Origin: Methanobacteriota archaeon
GTDB taxonomy: Archaea; Thermoplasmatota; Poseidoniia; Poseidoniales; Thalassarchaeaceae
Direction: 5' to 3'
NCBI GenBank assembly: GCA_019654055.1
Contig: BPDA01000001.1
Coordinates: 87,455 to 151,454, forward strand
DNA length: 64,000 nucleotides
Shown here: positions 44,501 to 55,900 of the stretch, in pieces
How positions within the stretch are numbered: the stretch's first letter is position 1
Layout: each line of letters opens with the position of its first letter
Translations under genes and position numbers: made by a program
The notes under the pieces: generated by a model
What the model saw: only the letters and a program-made list of their open reading frames with translations
The model's database searches: none
What the model was told of the DNA's origin: nothing

Positions 44501-47088
44501 TCGCTCGAGGTGCGGAACTCGGCGGCAAGCAAGCCGGGCAGGACGAGCAGCGCCATCACCAGCGAGAACAGCACCGAGATCGAACTCACTATGCCGAAGT
44601 CCTGGATGACTGGTATGGGCGAGAGCAGCAGCACCATGAATCCGCAAATCGTAGTCCCGGATGACAGCAGTAGGGCAGTACCGGTGGTCGAGTACATGTC
44701 ACGCATCGCCTCCCAAGTCCCCATTCCCGACGCCCTATTCGCCTCTATCCGCCTCCAGACGTGGATTGAGTAGTCGATGCCCAGTCCGATGGTCAGCGCG
44801 GTAATCATGATTGTCAACACATTCCAGTTTATCCCAAGCATCGCCATCGCGCCGACGACCCAAGCCCCGGCGAGGCCGACGGGAAGAATCACCACCAGAG
44901 ACTGCCCGAGCCTCCTAGTCAGCAGCACTAGGACAAGCATCGATACGAACAGGCTGATTGCCGTCGATTCGACCTGAGATATCACTAGTCCCGAAAGCAC
45001 GTTGTTGAGCACCACCACGTCCCCCGTGATGTACACCTCGCCACCAATCAAGCCATCATCCTCCAACAGCTGCGCCTGCTTCGCGAATACCTCGGCTACC
45101 TCCTGAGCCTCTTCGCTGGTCCGGACCAGCACGTCAACTCGCATTTTGAGGAACCTAATCGACTGTCCGTCCTCAGTCAGTGCCACGTGCATAGCCGTCC
45201 TCTCGGCCCAACTGTGCCCTCTCAACGGGTCGCCCATCGAGTCGTTGCTCAGGAGCGACGCCACGGCCGCCGTCAGGTCACCCTCCTCGAATCCGTCTGC
45301 TACTCCCAACTGGCCGCTGAAGATCCCGACATGAAACGCCTCGCCCATCGCAGGGTCGTTCTCTATGGCGTCCCTGAGGATTGGATAGAGTCCATCGTAC
45401 GAGGGACGTTGGGTGCCGGAGTCGGTGGGGTTGACGACTTCCGGGAGCCCCGAGATCCTGCCATCGAAGAACTCCAACCCCTTCATCAGGTCCCTCTCCC
45501 CGGTGAGTCCATCCTCATCGGAAGCAGGCTCAACCAGTATGACGACGGACTTCCAGGCCGCAGCATCGTAGGAGTCGTAGATGTCGTTCCTGACCTCCAT
45601 GACCTCCATGCCCTCCTCCGAGAGGAAATCGGTCAATTCGAAACTGGTGTCGAGCTCCCTTATCGCCACTAGCACCGAACCCATCGTAATCATCGCGACG
45701 ACCAACAGCACCCTAGCCGTATTTCTCCTCTGAAAACTCGTCGCGAGGCCGGCCGATCTATCCATCCTGAGGCCTCTGTGACGCATCTCCCCGGCACTCT
45801 TCTCGACCACCACGTGGACGGCCCCGACGGTGATGGTGCTTGCAGCGAAGGCCGAGACGACGCCTAGGGCCAGCGTGAATCCGAAGGTCCTCAGTGGCGG
45901 GAGCTCCGATGACATGTTGGCCAGGAACGCGAAGACTGTGGTGACCACGGCGAGCGATAGGGCCAGCCGCAGCACTGAGAACGCCTCTACCCATGCTCTG
46001 GCCGCCCTGACCGAGCGTTTCTTAGCGAACTCATAGCCTCGTTGCAGGTGTATCGAGTAGTCTATGCCCAATCCAAGCACGACCGGGGCCACGGCGACCT
46101 CGAGGATCGACATTCGCATGCCCAACATGGTCACGATCCCATAGGTCCACACCAATGAGGCGGACAGCCCAAGGAGGGGCGCTGCGACCATCATGAAGGA
46201 GCGGAATGCGATTGCCATGAGTGCCACCACCACCATCACGGCGATGAGCAGCAGCCAGACTAGGTTGTCCATCGTGGACTCGTTGATGTCGTGGCTGATT
46301 AGATCGTCAGAGATTACCCCGTAACTGAGTGAGGAACCCTGTCCGAGGGGATGCTTGTCGGTCAGCATACCCCTGATGGCAGAGGCCTTCTCGCGCCTCT
46401 CGTCATCGCTAATCTCTCCGCTAATCTCGATTACCCACATGGTGCTCGAGGCGAACGGAGTCGGGTCTCCCTCGCCGCTGTCCAACCACTCGCAGACCGC
46501 AGCGTAGTCCAAATCCATGTGCAGCATCGCAGATGCGGCGAACGAGGCCGAGGCGATGGCTTGCTCGTTTCCTATCGCGTCGGAGCACCTCTCGCCTTCG
46601 GTGACAGCATCCAGCAGGCCCTCCCAATCGGTGAAGTCGTCGAGACTGCGGCCCTGCTCGTCCCTCTCATCGAGAGCGCTCTCAAGCATCCCAGCGGCGT
46701 TGATATGAGCAACGACGAATCCCCGGTTTGCTTGCGAGAACCCCTCTATCCTGTCGAGGTCGTCGGACAGCTGTTGCAGGGCTGCGACCTCCAGGACGTT
46801 ACAAGGGACATCTTCGCACGAGTTGGTTCCGTCAGCACCCAAGTTCAGCGGCTCTACGTTGATGTAGATCAGATGTGGGGATGCCTGCATGACCTCGTCT
46901 ATCCTGTCTTCGGCCGCATCCGACTCGGTCTCGGGGGCGAAGGAGGCGATGTCGGTGGTGAATCCGGGGAACTCCAGCAGCACCTGTGCCATGGCAGCGG
47001 TGAAGACGACGCTCAGCACCACTATGGCTAGAGCGGATTTCTCAAACGCCCTCACCAAGGACTCAGGGACCGAGCCCCCATTCTCCAT
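44491..47088 (-). CDS. RND-superfamily / MMPL-type exporter (6+6 TM with two large external domains)
   Basis: Two copies of the GLGIDYSIH motif (GLGIDYSIHLQRGYEF, GLGIDYSIHVWRRIEAN), each within a 5-6 TM bundle, with long acidic loops between them. Start taken at MENGGSVPESL; the track ORF starts at 47169. Confidence 0.75.
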   Translation of the reverse strand: MENGGSVPESLVRAFEKSALAIVVLSVVFTAAMAQVLLEFPGFTTDIASFAPETESDAAEDRIDEVMQASPHLIYINVEPLNLGADGTNSCEDVPCNVLEVAALQQLSDDLDRIEGFSQANRGFVVAHINAAGMLESALDERDEQGRSLDDFTDWEGLLDAVTEGERCSDAIGNEQAIASASFAASAMLHMDLDYAAVCEWLDSGEGDPTPFASSTMWVIEISGEISDDERREKASAIRGMLTDKHPLGQGSSLSYGVISDDLISHDINESTMDNLVWLLLIAVMVVVALMAIAFRSFMMVAAPLLGLSASLVWTYGIVTMLGMRMSILEVAVAPVVLGLGIDYSIHLQRGYEFAKKRSVRAARAWVEAFSVLRLALSLAVVTTVFAFLANMSSELPPLRTFGFTLALGVVSAFAASTITVGAVHVVVEKSAGEMRHRGLRMDRSAGLATSFQRRNTARVLLVVAMITMGSVLVAIRELDTSFELTDFLSEEGMEVMEVRNDIYDSYDAAAWKSVVILVEPASDEDGLTGERDLMKGLEFFDGRISGLPEVVNPTDSGTQRPSYDGLYPILRDAIENDPAMGEAFHVGIFSGQLGVADGFEEGDLTAAVASLLSNDSMGDPLRGHSWAERTAMHVALTEDGQSIRFLKMRVDVLVRTSEEAQEVAEVFAKQAQLLEDDGLIGGEVYITGDVVVLNNVLSGLVISQVESTAISLFVSMLVLVLLTRRLGQSLVVILPVGLAGAWVVGAMAMLGINWNVLTIMITALTIGLGIDYSIHVWRRIEANRASGMGTWEAMRDMYSTTGTALLLSSGTTICGFMVLLLSPIPVIQDFGIVSSISVLFSLVMALLVLPGLLAAEFRTSSDYA

Positions 47089-47196
47089 GCCGCGGCCAAA
47101 ACCACCCCATGTATAACTTAGGCTCTGATTGGACCCCACAGGGTCCAACAAGGATATGAAAGCCCTCAAAAGGGAGGGTCCGGTCGGGCGCCTGTC

Positions 47197-47454
47197 ATGC
47201 CTATCAAGGTCCTGATGAACGATGGTCGCGAACTAAGGCTGCGAATGACCGGGGAGAGTCACACAACCCTGCAGCTGTTCCGATCTAGACTCAACGGCAG
47301 CAAGGACGTCGAGTACTCCAACTACTTCCAGAACCACCCCGACCTCGACGAACCCGAACTGTACCTCAGGACAGTCAAGGGCAAGAGCGCTGAGAAGGTT
47401 TTCAGGAGCCTTTGCTCCGGTATCTCGAAGGATTTCTCCAAGCTCAAGCTATGA
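47197..47454 (+). CDS. rpoL: DNA-directed RNA polymerase subunit L (Rpo11)
   Basis: 85 aa. LRLRMTGESHTTLQLFRSRL...VEYSNYFQNHPDLDEPELYLRT fits the RpoL/Rpb11 pattern (GEdHTl.N.L...L....V..a.Y...HP). Confidence 0.75.
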   Translation: MPIKVLMNDGRELRLRMTGESHTTLQLFRSRLNGSKDVEYSNYFQNHPDLDEPELYLRTVKGKSAEKVFRSLCSGISKDFSKLKL

Positions 47455-47466
47455 GGCGGTGAGGGT

Positions 47467-48864
47467 TTGTCCGCAAGCTCTGTGGAGGAGCATCTAGGGC
47501 TCGCTGCGTGGTCAGCTGACGGAGATGGGATTGGTGGCTTGCTCAAGGTCAGGATAGAGGACTTCAGAGTAGAGGAGGTCGCCAGCTCCCCAGCACTCGA
47601 CCCAAAGGGGAGGTTCACCGCCATCCGAGTCACCCTGAACAACTGGGAGACCAACCGGTATCTCAGTCGACTGGCCAAGGCCTGTGGAATCTCTCGCAAG
47701 AGGGTGTTCTCCTCCGGAATGAAGGATAAACGGGCAGTGACCACGCAGACTCTGGTGGTCGATGCCCCGCAATCTAAGGTGGAACGCGTCGAGATACCTG
47801 ATACGTCAATTGAGGTCCTAGGCAGGACCCATCAGAAGATAGGGATGAGCGACCACGACGGCAACAGGTTCACGATTACCGTCAGAGGGTGCTGCGACTC
47901 CGACGGTAGCCCGATCGACGGCAAGGAGGCCATGCGCAGAGTCAGGGAGCTGCTGTCGGGCATGTCGGAGAGGTTGGGGGCTGACGCCTTCCCGAACTGG
48001 ATCGGCCCGCAGAGGTTCGGGGCCACTAGACCAGTCACCCCCGAAGTCGGCAGGGCCGTCATTGAGGGAGATTTTGAGAGGGCCTGCGACCTGTATCTGG
48101 GCATGCCCGGGGCCAACTCCGCCGATGACGTTGCAGCATTCAGGGAGATGTGGAGAGAGACGCAGGACCCCAAGAGGTGCTTGGAGGTGATACCCAGGCA
48201 CCTAGGGTACGAGAGGGGGATTCTGGAGGGCCTGACGAAGAGGCCCGACGACTGGCTCGCAGCCTACAAGAGCCTGCCTCCATCACTACAACTTCTGACC
48301 ATACACTCCCTGCAGTCGCTGACCTTCAATCACGCCCTCTCAGGACGTCTAGCGAGGGGTCTGTCGCTGGTGGAGCCCGCTTTGGGTGACTTGGTGGCCC
48401 CGATGCAGTCCAACGGACGCATCGACGTATCCAAGATGGCTGAAGTCAGCGAGTCAAATCTCCAGAGGTGCCGACGCAACTGTAGATTGGGCAGGCTGGC
48501 CGTCACCGGCCCTCTGCCCGGCAGCAGCTCGGCCATGGCCCAGGGTGAGCCCGGTGAGATTGAGCGCCAGGCGCTTGAGGACACGGACCTCGAGGATGCC
48601 GACTGGCACGTACCCAGGATTCCGCGCCTGACCTCATCGGGCACACGCAGACCGCTCGCAGTCCCGTTCCGCTCGTTCTCGGTGGAGGAGGCTCCCGAGC
48701 TCCCCGAGGGATCAGTCTCCGAGAGGTGGGATGCGGGCCCGAGTGAGGGAGGCTTGTGGCATCCCGACGGAGCCAGCCTGCGGATGAGGTTCGAGCTTCC
48801 ACCCGGCACCTATGCGACGGTCCTCATGAGAGAACTGATGAAGTCCCCTCTGGACCACTATTGA
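47467..48864 (+). CDS. truD: tRNA pseudouridine(13) synthase TruD/Pus7
   Basis: KVRIEDFRVEEV near the N-terminus and the catalytic GMKDKRAVTTQ motif, with PNWIGPQRFG further on. TTG start. Confidence 0.85.
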   Translation: MSASSVEEHLGLAAWSADGDGIGGLLKVRIEDFRVEEVASSPALDPKGRFTAIRVTLNNWETNRYLSRLAKACGISRKRVFSSGMKDKRAVTTQTLVVDAPQSKVERVEIPDTSIEVLGRTHQKIGMSDHDGNRFTITVRGCCDSDGSPIDGKEAMRRVRELLSGMSERLGADAFPNWIGPQRFGATRPVTPEVGRAVIEGDFERACDLYLGMPGANSADDVAAFREMWRETQDPKRCLEVIPRHLGYERGILEGLTKRPDDWLAAYKSLPPSLQLLTIHSLQSLTFNHALSGRLARGLSLVEPALGDLVAPMQSNGRIDVSKMAEVSESNLQRCRRNCRLGRLAVTGPLPGSSSAMAQGEPGEIERQALEDTDLEDADWHVPRIPRLTSSGTRRPLAVPFRSFSVEEAPELPEGSVSERWDAGPSEGGLWHPDGASLRMRFELPPGTYATVLMRELMKSPLDHY

Positions 48865-49131
48865 TCAGAGCCGACCCATCTCAAGGGCCTCTATCTGACC
48901 GACTAGTGGGTCGACGCCCCGGACCTTGTCCTCGAAGCCGTCAACGATGCCCTCGCCCTCACCTAGCACCGCCTGGACCTCAATGAACATCATGCCGAAG
49001 GCGAGGGGCTTGATCTCAACCGCCTGAACCTCCTCAAAGCCATCTATGTGACCGGCTATACCATCGTAGTCTGGGGCTCCCTCGTCCGGCTGATTGATGG
49101 TGACCTTGTACTTCACGACTACATGCCCCAT
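48865..49131 (-). CDS. translation elongation factor aEF-1 beta
   Basis: 88 aa. MGHVVVKYKVTINQPDEG...EIKPLAFGMMFIEVQAVLGEGEG...VRGVDPLVGQIEALEM is the typical aEF-1beta pattern. Confidence 0.8.
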   Translation of the reverse strand: MGHVVVKYKVTINQPDEGAPDYDGIAGHIDGFEEVQAVEIKPLAFGMMFIEVQAVLGEGEGIVDGFEDKVRGVDPLVGQIEALEMGRL

Positions 49132-49144
49132 TTTCCTCGCCTCC

Positions 49145-49312
49145 TCATGGCCCTTGGAATCCGCATTCGGTGCAGATGTACTCTACTGCCTGGACTCTGC
49201 ACTGCTCGCTTCGTCCAATCGAGTGGCCGCACTCGGGACAGGGGAACGCAGTGCTCTTTCTGTCGACCAGTGGGAGTCCCGACGAGGTACAGATGTCTGC
49301 TTTACGTGGCAT
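49145..49312 (-). CDS. Zn-ribbon protein (COG2888/DUF1610-like) that usually precedes aEF-1beta in archaea
   Basis: 55-aa ORF below the track cutoff: MPRKADICTSSGLPLVDRKSTAFPCPECGHSIGRSEQCRVQAVEYICTECGFQGP. It ends 13 nt upstream of the ef1b start. Confidence 0.65.
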   Translation of the reverse strand: MPRKADICTSSGLPLVDRKSTAFPCPECGHSIGRSEQCRVQAVEYICTECGFQGP

Positions 49313-49451
49313 CGATGTTCACCAGTGACGCGCCGAACTGCACCCCCCTTTTAGCGTTGACCGAGGTCAGAGGTCGCAACAACCTTGCAGTCGGCTGATT
49401 AGGGCCTGAGGACATTTCAAATCAGACTGCCGCCCTCGTTCCATTGATAGC

Positions 49452-49904
49452 ATGAGCGAGGAGGAGTTGATTCTGACGGGTGAGCAATCGGACCTGAGCC
49501 AGTACGTGACTGACGAGGGTGGGATCTGGAGCCTCAGGCAGCTTGAGAAGGTGAGGTCTTGGAACGACATCGAGTACGCTCCAGGTCTATCGGGGAAGAA
49601 CACACCCTCGACGGGCCTGTCGATGAATCGCGCGTACATCCCTCCCGGAGGGGTCGCCAAGGCGCACATCCACGTCGACTTCGATGTGATGGTCTATCTC
49701 CTGCAGGGCAGCGTCCGCCACGAGTATGGGCCCGGTTGCAGGAAGTCCGTCGTTCACAGCGCCGGCGATATGTTCTACATCGAGCCGGACCTTCCTCACG
49801 AGGTGTTCAACTGCTCCGATTCCGAATGGGTGCATGCCGTGGTATCGCGCTCGGATGCTTCGGAGTGGCAGAACATAGAGCCATACGATAGAGATTCAGA
49901 GTGA
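49452..49904 (+). CDS. cupin-domain protein
   Basis: GGVAKAHIHVDFDVMVYLLQGSV...GDMFYIEPDLPHEVFN is the two-motif cupin signature. Confidence 0.65.
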   Translation: MSEEELILTGEQSDLSQYVTDEGGIWSLRQLEKVRSWNDIEYAPGLSGKNTPSTGLSMNRAYIPPGGVAKAHIHVDFDVMVYLLQGSVRHEYGPGCRKSVVHSAGDMFYIEPDLPHEVFNCSDSEWVHAVVSRSDASEWQNIEPYDRDSE

Positions 49905-50654
49905 TTACTCTTCTTCCCTCTTGGCAATACGTCTGAAACCCACCTTCGCCTTCGAATCGTCCACATCTTGCTCAATGACGACCCCGAGCTCGGACAGATG
50001 CTCCTGCAACTGCTCCATGGCACTCTTGCCACGCCCTCTAGTGCGAGGTTGGGGCAACCTGTTCTGGCATATCAGATAGGTCTCCGAGGAGGCGCTGCGA
50101 CTGGCTGTGGGAGAGTATCTCTGCACATTGGAGAAGCGATCTGCAGCAGCGTTTACCAGACCCTCTATGCCAGTGCCTTGGAAGATCTTGGTGACGAACC
50201 CTCCTCCCGGCGGGATGAATCCCATCGCCGCATCGAGGACCAGAGTCGAGAGCTCCAGCGAGATCGTCTGGTCAGTGTCGTACCGACCGGTCAGGTTCGG
50301 TGAGATATCGCTGACTACCACGTTCAGCTCACGCTCCCCTAAAATCTCACGTATCCGCGTTATGGTACCCTCCTCCGTGATGTCACCGATGATGATGCTG
50401 GCGCCCTCGACGGGGGACGTGGCCAACAGGTCCACTCCGATTACCAAGCCCTCATTTCCAACCTCCTCGGCAGCCACTTGGGCCCACCCTCCCGGGTGGC
50501 AGCCGACGTCGAGCACTGCATCGCCCGGGCGGATGATACCGAAGCGCTCCTGAATCTGCTTGAGCTTGTACGCTGAGCGCGTGCGGTATCCCTTCGAGCG
50601 CGCTATCCTCCTCCAGGCGTCGCGCCTGTTGTCCTGGTACCAGCGCTTGCTCAT
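49905..50654 (-). CDS. rlmE: 23S rRNA 2'-O-methyltransferase RlmE/FtsJ
   Basis: GYRTRSAYKLKQIQERFGIIRPGDAVLDVGCHPGGWAQV and DISPNLTG motifs. The stop abuts the cupin stop with zero spacing. Confidence 0.85.
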   Translation of the reverse strand: MSKRWYQDNRRDAWRRIARSKGYRTRSAYKLKQIQERFGIIRPGDAVLDVGCHPGGWAQVAAEEVGNEGLVIGVDLLATSPVEGASIIIGDITEEGTITRIREILGERELNVVVSDISPNLTGRYDTDQTISLELSTLVLDAAMGFIPPGGGFVTKIFQGTGIEGLVNAAADRFSNVQRYSPTASRSASSETYLICQNRLPQPRTRGRGKSAMEQLQEHLSELGVVIEQDVDDSKAKVGFRRIAKREEE

Positions 50655-50696
50655 GCGCAGTCCCCGGGCCACGGAGTTATGAAATCGCTCGCGTGC

Positions 50697-51651
<955 letters not shown>

Positions 51652-51693
51652 CTAGTGTCAGCCTTGAGTCCATCGGGTCTGCGTCGCTAGCAC

Positions 51694-52260
51694 TCAGGCC
51701 CACATGCCACTCTGCTTGCGCCCACGCACTAGGTGCGCGACGACGAGGAATCCGATTAGGGACAGGTGGGCGATGGTACAGTAGGGACAGATGTGGGGCG
51801 CGCCCTCCACCTGGGTCAGCTCGACGAACACTAGGAAGATGACGAAGGGCACGCCAGCCAGCCCGGCCAGCAGAGAGTAGGTAGTGAAGGAGTCCGCCCA
51901 CTTCGCATGCATGTCCATCCGTAGGGAGAGGAAGAGGAAGAACAGCAGACTGAACGACAGCAGTCCGGTTATCCCCCAGGGGATGCCGAAGAGGTTGTTC
52001 CAGTCCGGGTCGCCAATCACGGAGCCGCACTGTACCAAGCCCTCGGATGCGCACATGGTGGTGTCACCCGAGTCAAGGATCGAGTTGTGGATGGCGTAGG
52101 TCCAGCCCGAGGACAACAGTCCGACGACCGAGAAAGCCAGTCCTGAGTCAAGCATCGTCATCGTGCCGGCCTCGCCCTCCCTTGACCTAGCCCGGACGGC
52201 TAGGGCCGTGGCGATGGCCAGTCCAGCGAGGAAGGCCATCAACGGGACATCCACGGCCAT
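51694..52260 (-). CDS. vitamin K epoxide reductase (VKOR) family membrane protein
   Basis: Loop cysteines MCASEGLVQCGSV followed by FGIPWGITGL, and the CPYC redox motif in the last TM region (HICPYCTIAHL). Start MAVDVPL overlaps the upstream stop (TGATG). Confidence 0.75.
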   Translation of the reverse strand: MAVDVPLMAFLAGLAIATALAVRARSREGEAGTMTMLDSGLAFSVVGLLSSGWTYAIHNSILDSGDTTMCASEGLVQCGSVIGDPDWNNLFGIPWGITGLLSFSLLFFLFLSLRMDMHAKWADSFTTYSLLAGLAGVPFVIFLVFVELTQVEGAPHICPYCTIAHLSLIGFLVVAHLVRGRKQSGMWA

Positions 52261-52931
52261 CAGGCACCACCCACCAGTCGCTGTATGGCCGTTTCGATGC
52301 CCTCCCCGTCGTTCTCGTGCTGCAGCGGGTTCCATGCCACAATCCCGTCCGGCTGAAGCAGTGCGGTGAACGGGGTCCCCGGAATCTCCCAGTCACCGGT
52401 GGTCTTCTCGTTCAGGTCGTCGACGTAGACCCAGGGATGAGGATCCCCCGGCCTGTCGGCGCAGTCGGAATTAGTCTTGCAGCCGTCGTACGGAGTCTTA
52501 TCCCGGAACGCCTCGATCTCCTCCCGGTTGCTCTCGTGCCCCTGGATTCCCAGCTCGACGACGACGGTGACGAAGGTCACCTCATCGCCCCATTGTGAAT
52601 GCAATTGACTCATCAGCTCGCCCTCGCTCCAGCAGTAGGGGCAGTCGGTGTCGATGTACTGGACCACTATCCAATCACCGTCCCCCCCGGGCTCCCAACT
52701 CTTGTTGAACAGGTCGGATAGACGAAAGTTCACCCAGGCTCCCCCACTATAGGACTGGGCCGAGAAGTCGGGCGCCAACTCACCCTCGGAGGGGCCTACC
52801 TTGACCACCGGAGCAAGAAGCATCACCGCCATCAGTATCATGCTGGTCAGCGCGAAGGTAACTAGGGCTGCCGTAAGCCTGACTTCGTCATCCCTCCCCT
52901 TGGGCCCAGCCGCACGCCTTCTCCTTGCCAT
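52260..52931 (-). CDS. membrane-anchored thioredoxin-fold thiol:disulfide oxidoreductase (TlpA/redoxin-like)
   Basis: N-terminal TM (LVTFALTSMILMAVMLLAPVV), then LAPDFSAQSY...WIVVQYIDTDCPYCWSE carrying the CxxC active site. Confidence 0.7.
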   Translation of the reverse strand: MARRRRAAGPKGRDDEVRLTAALVTFALTSMILMAVMLLAPVVKVGPSEGELAPDFSAQSYSGGAWVNFRLSDLFNKSWEPGGDGDWIVVQYIDTDCPYCWSEGELMSQLHSQWGDEVTFVTVVVELGIQGHESNREEIEAFRDKTPYDGCKTNSDCADRPGDPHPWVYVDDLNEKTTGDWEIPGTPFTALLQPDGIVAWNPLQHENDGEGIETAIQRLVGGA

Positions 52932-52996
52932 CGATTGAACGCGAGACACTCATCCCTTTCAGCCATTCGATTTACTTTCTGAACAGCCGTTCCACG

Positions 52997-55900
52997 ATGA
53001 GTCGATGCGAACGCTTCATTTGGCTCCCGTGGAGGCCCCATGCCGTGGCCCCACCCGATTCGGAGGACAAGTACTCCATCACAGATGGAGTGGACCGCGA
53101 CGACGAGGCCGCTTTCTGGGGACGCTTCTTCGATAGGCTCAAGCCCGTCAAGGAGGTCTTAGACGGCGCTCGCAAGGGCTTCGCCGGAAGTTTCGTCGGC
53201 GAAGGCCTCGACACAATGGCCCAATTGGTCGACGACGCTGGCGATGCCGCTGATGCAACCGCTCGGAGGACGGCAGAGCTGACCTACTCATCGATACTGA
53301 GGAGCCCGGCCAGTATAGTCGTCCTGCTGCTCCTACTGACCGCCGTCATAGGTAGGGACGCCATGGAGTTCGAGCACCAAATCAATGGGGACGTCGAAAT
53401 CTACCTGCCCGACGGAGCCGACTCGACCATCTTGCTGCAGCAGGTCAGGGAGCAGTGGTCGACTGACATCTTCATCCTGTACGTGCAGACGGACAATGCA
53501 GCCTCTGGCGGTGAGCATGGTACTGAGAACATCACCAGCATGGAGATACTCAAGCAGATGTCCTGGATAGAGGGTGACGATCAGAATCGAGGTATAGGTG
53601 GCTACCAGTCCGGTCTCGACTACAACAAAGAGGACAGGGGGTCGATAGACGGTGTCGTCTGGGTCCTGTCTCCCGCGCAAATAATCAAGGAGGCGAACTC
53701 GTCCACCTATCGCTTCAACTGCGCTATGGAGAAGTACGGCCTTCCCATTAGTGATGGCCAGAACTGTGCAGTTGCCGGCCTGAACCCGTACTATGGATAT
53801 GAGATTCCGGATGAACAGCAGAGGATAGACCGACTCGTAGAGGATGCCGAGCCCCTACTCTCCAACTTCGTTCGCGACACCAACAACGACGGCATCTGGG
53901 ACACAGGGGTCATCATCATGGGGCTGAAGTTCGACATGACCGAGACCGACATCACGGCTCGTCCGGACCCGAAGGGCGTCACCGAGGAGAACCCGGGGGG
54001 GATACTGAGGGACCACAAGGCCTTCATAATCCACTCCGAGCAACTAATCTACGAGGAGTCCAACCCCTCCGTCTGCGAACTTTGCCACAGGGTCTACGAC
54101 AATCCCACCACTACGATGGACGAGTTCACCTCGACCTCCAACCGCAAGGCTATCACCATCACCGGGCTCACCCCGGTCGTCCATGACATCTCCGATGCGA
54201 TATACCTCCAGCTAGTAGACAGGATGCTACCCATCAGTATAGTACTGGTCTGCCTCGCGATGCTGCTCCTGCACCGGAGCCCGAAGGTCATAGTGATCTG
54301 CGGGGCACCCATCTTGATGAGCCTGGCCATCACCTTCGGAATCACCGTCATCGCCGACATCATGCTGACGCCGATGATAATCTCCGTGGGGCCAATACTG
54401 GTGGGCCTCGGTGTTGACTACGCCCTACACCTGACGAACAGGATAGAGGAGAACAGGGTCGAACTGATTGAGGAACGCCTCGAGATGGCATGGTCGGCCC
54501 AGAGGGATGGCTTCCAGACCGAGGACGTCGACCCATGGGACCCGCATATCAGCCTAACAGCCACTGTAAGGGCGGTGATGACGACCGGTCACGCCATATT
54601 CCTCTCCGCGCTCACCACCCTAGTCGGATTCAGCGTGCTCAGATGGCCCAGCTTGGTCCCAATCGAGCCCATGAGGACGGTGGGGACCACGCTCCTAATC
54701 GGGATTTCTACTACTTTCGTGCTGTCGATGCTGATGGTCCCAGCTCTGGTGCAGCTCCTGAGGTACAGGAAGACGAGATCGAAGTCATTCGACAATCTGT
54801 GGCAAAAGGTCGGGGAGATTCCGATCAAGGCCACTGTTCTGGTAATACTGGTTACCATCTTCTTCACAGCCTGGGGGGGCTACATACTGAAGGAAGAGTT
54901 AGGCAAGGGGATAACCGGCGCGTCAGACGAGGTCCCCCCCGGTCTCGAGTCCTACGAGACCCTGAGGGAGTACAGCTACGTGTTCGACGGCGGGCAGACG
55001 AACATGTTCATCGTCGATGCCACCCAGAGGGGGGACCAGAACGGAACCGCACCGATACGGGACCTGCCCATACTGGATGCCATCGAGATTATGCAGGTCA
55101 ACAAGATCGACCAAGTGGCCAATACCACTACTGTCAGTCTTGTGACCATCCTGAAATCGATACACGTCGATGTCGAGATCGGTGATCTTGAGATTTACGA
55201 TCGCAGCCTGTGGGAGCTCCTGCACGACGAGTGCTGGGACGAGGCTACCAACCCATTGCGCCCGGACTGCTGGGCCTATGCGGCGACCAGCCGCGAGGAC
55301 ATGGTGAACGTGGCCTTCGACACGCTCTCACCTGAGGTCCGCTCGATGCTGATGAACGCCGAGCAGGGGACAGGCGAGACCAAGACGCTGGTGTACGTCA
55401 ACCAGCCCTACCTGAATCTGGCAGACGCGAGTTCCCTGAGGGATGCGATTGACGGCTTCCTGACGGGCCAGGGGTGTGAGTCAGCCTGGGAATGCCAAGG
55501 ACTGGCGGTCCAACAAGTGTTCAACTCGTTGCTGACCGGTGGCCTGCCGGTCTCGATAGACGTCAACGACGGGGTGCACGAGGCTCAGTCCGAAACCACC
55601 GTGGCCACCATGCTCATTCTGCTAATCGTGATGGCATTCCTGTTCCGCTCTCCCCGGTGGGCCTTCTTCACCATGATTGCAGTGGGGGTCGTGGTGGTAT
55701 GGCAGCCGCTGCTGATGCGCAGCGGCGGTGTCAACGTCAACTTCTTCACCGCGATGGTGGGGACGATAGTATTCGGCATAGGAGTGGATGATTCCATCCA
55801 CATCGTGGATCGAATCAAAGACGAGGGGGAGACGCCCGCTGGCATTGTCAAGTCGGTGGCTAGGACTGGGCAGACCATCTTCGAGACCACCACCACGACC

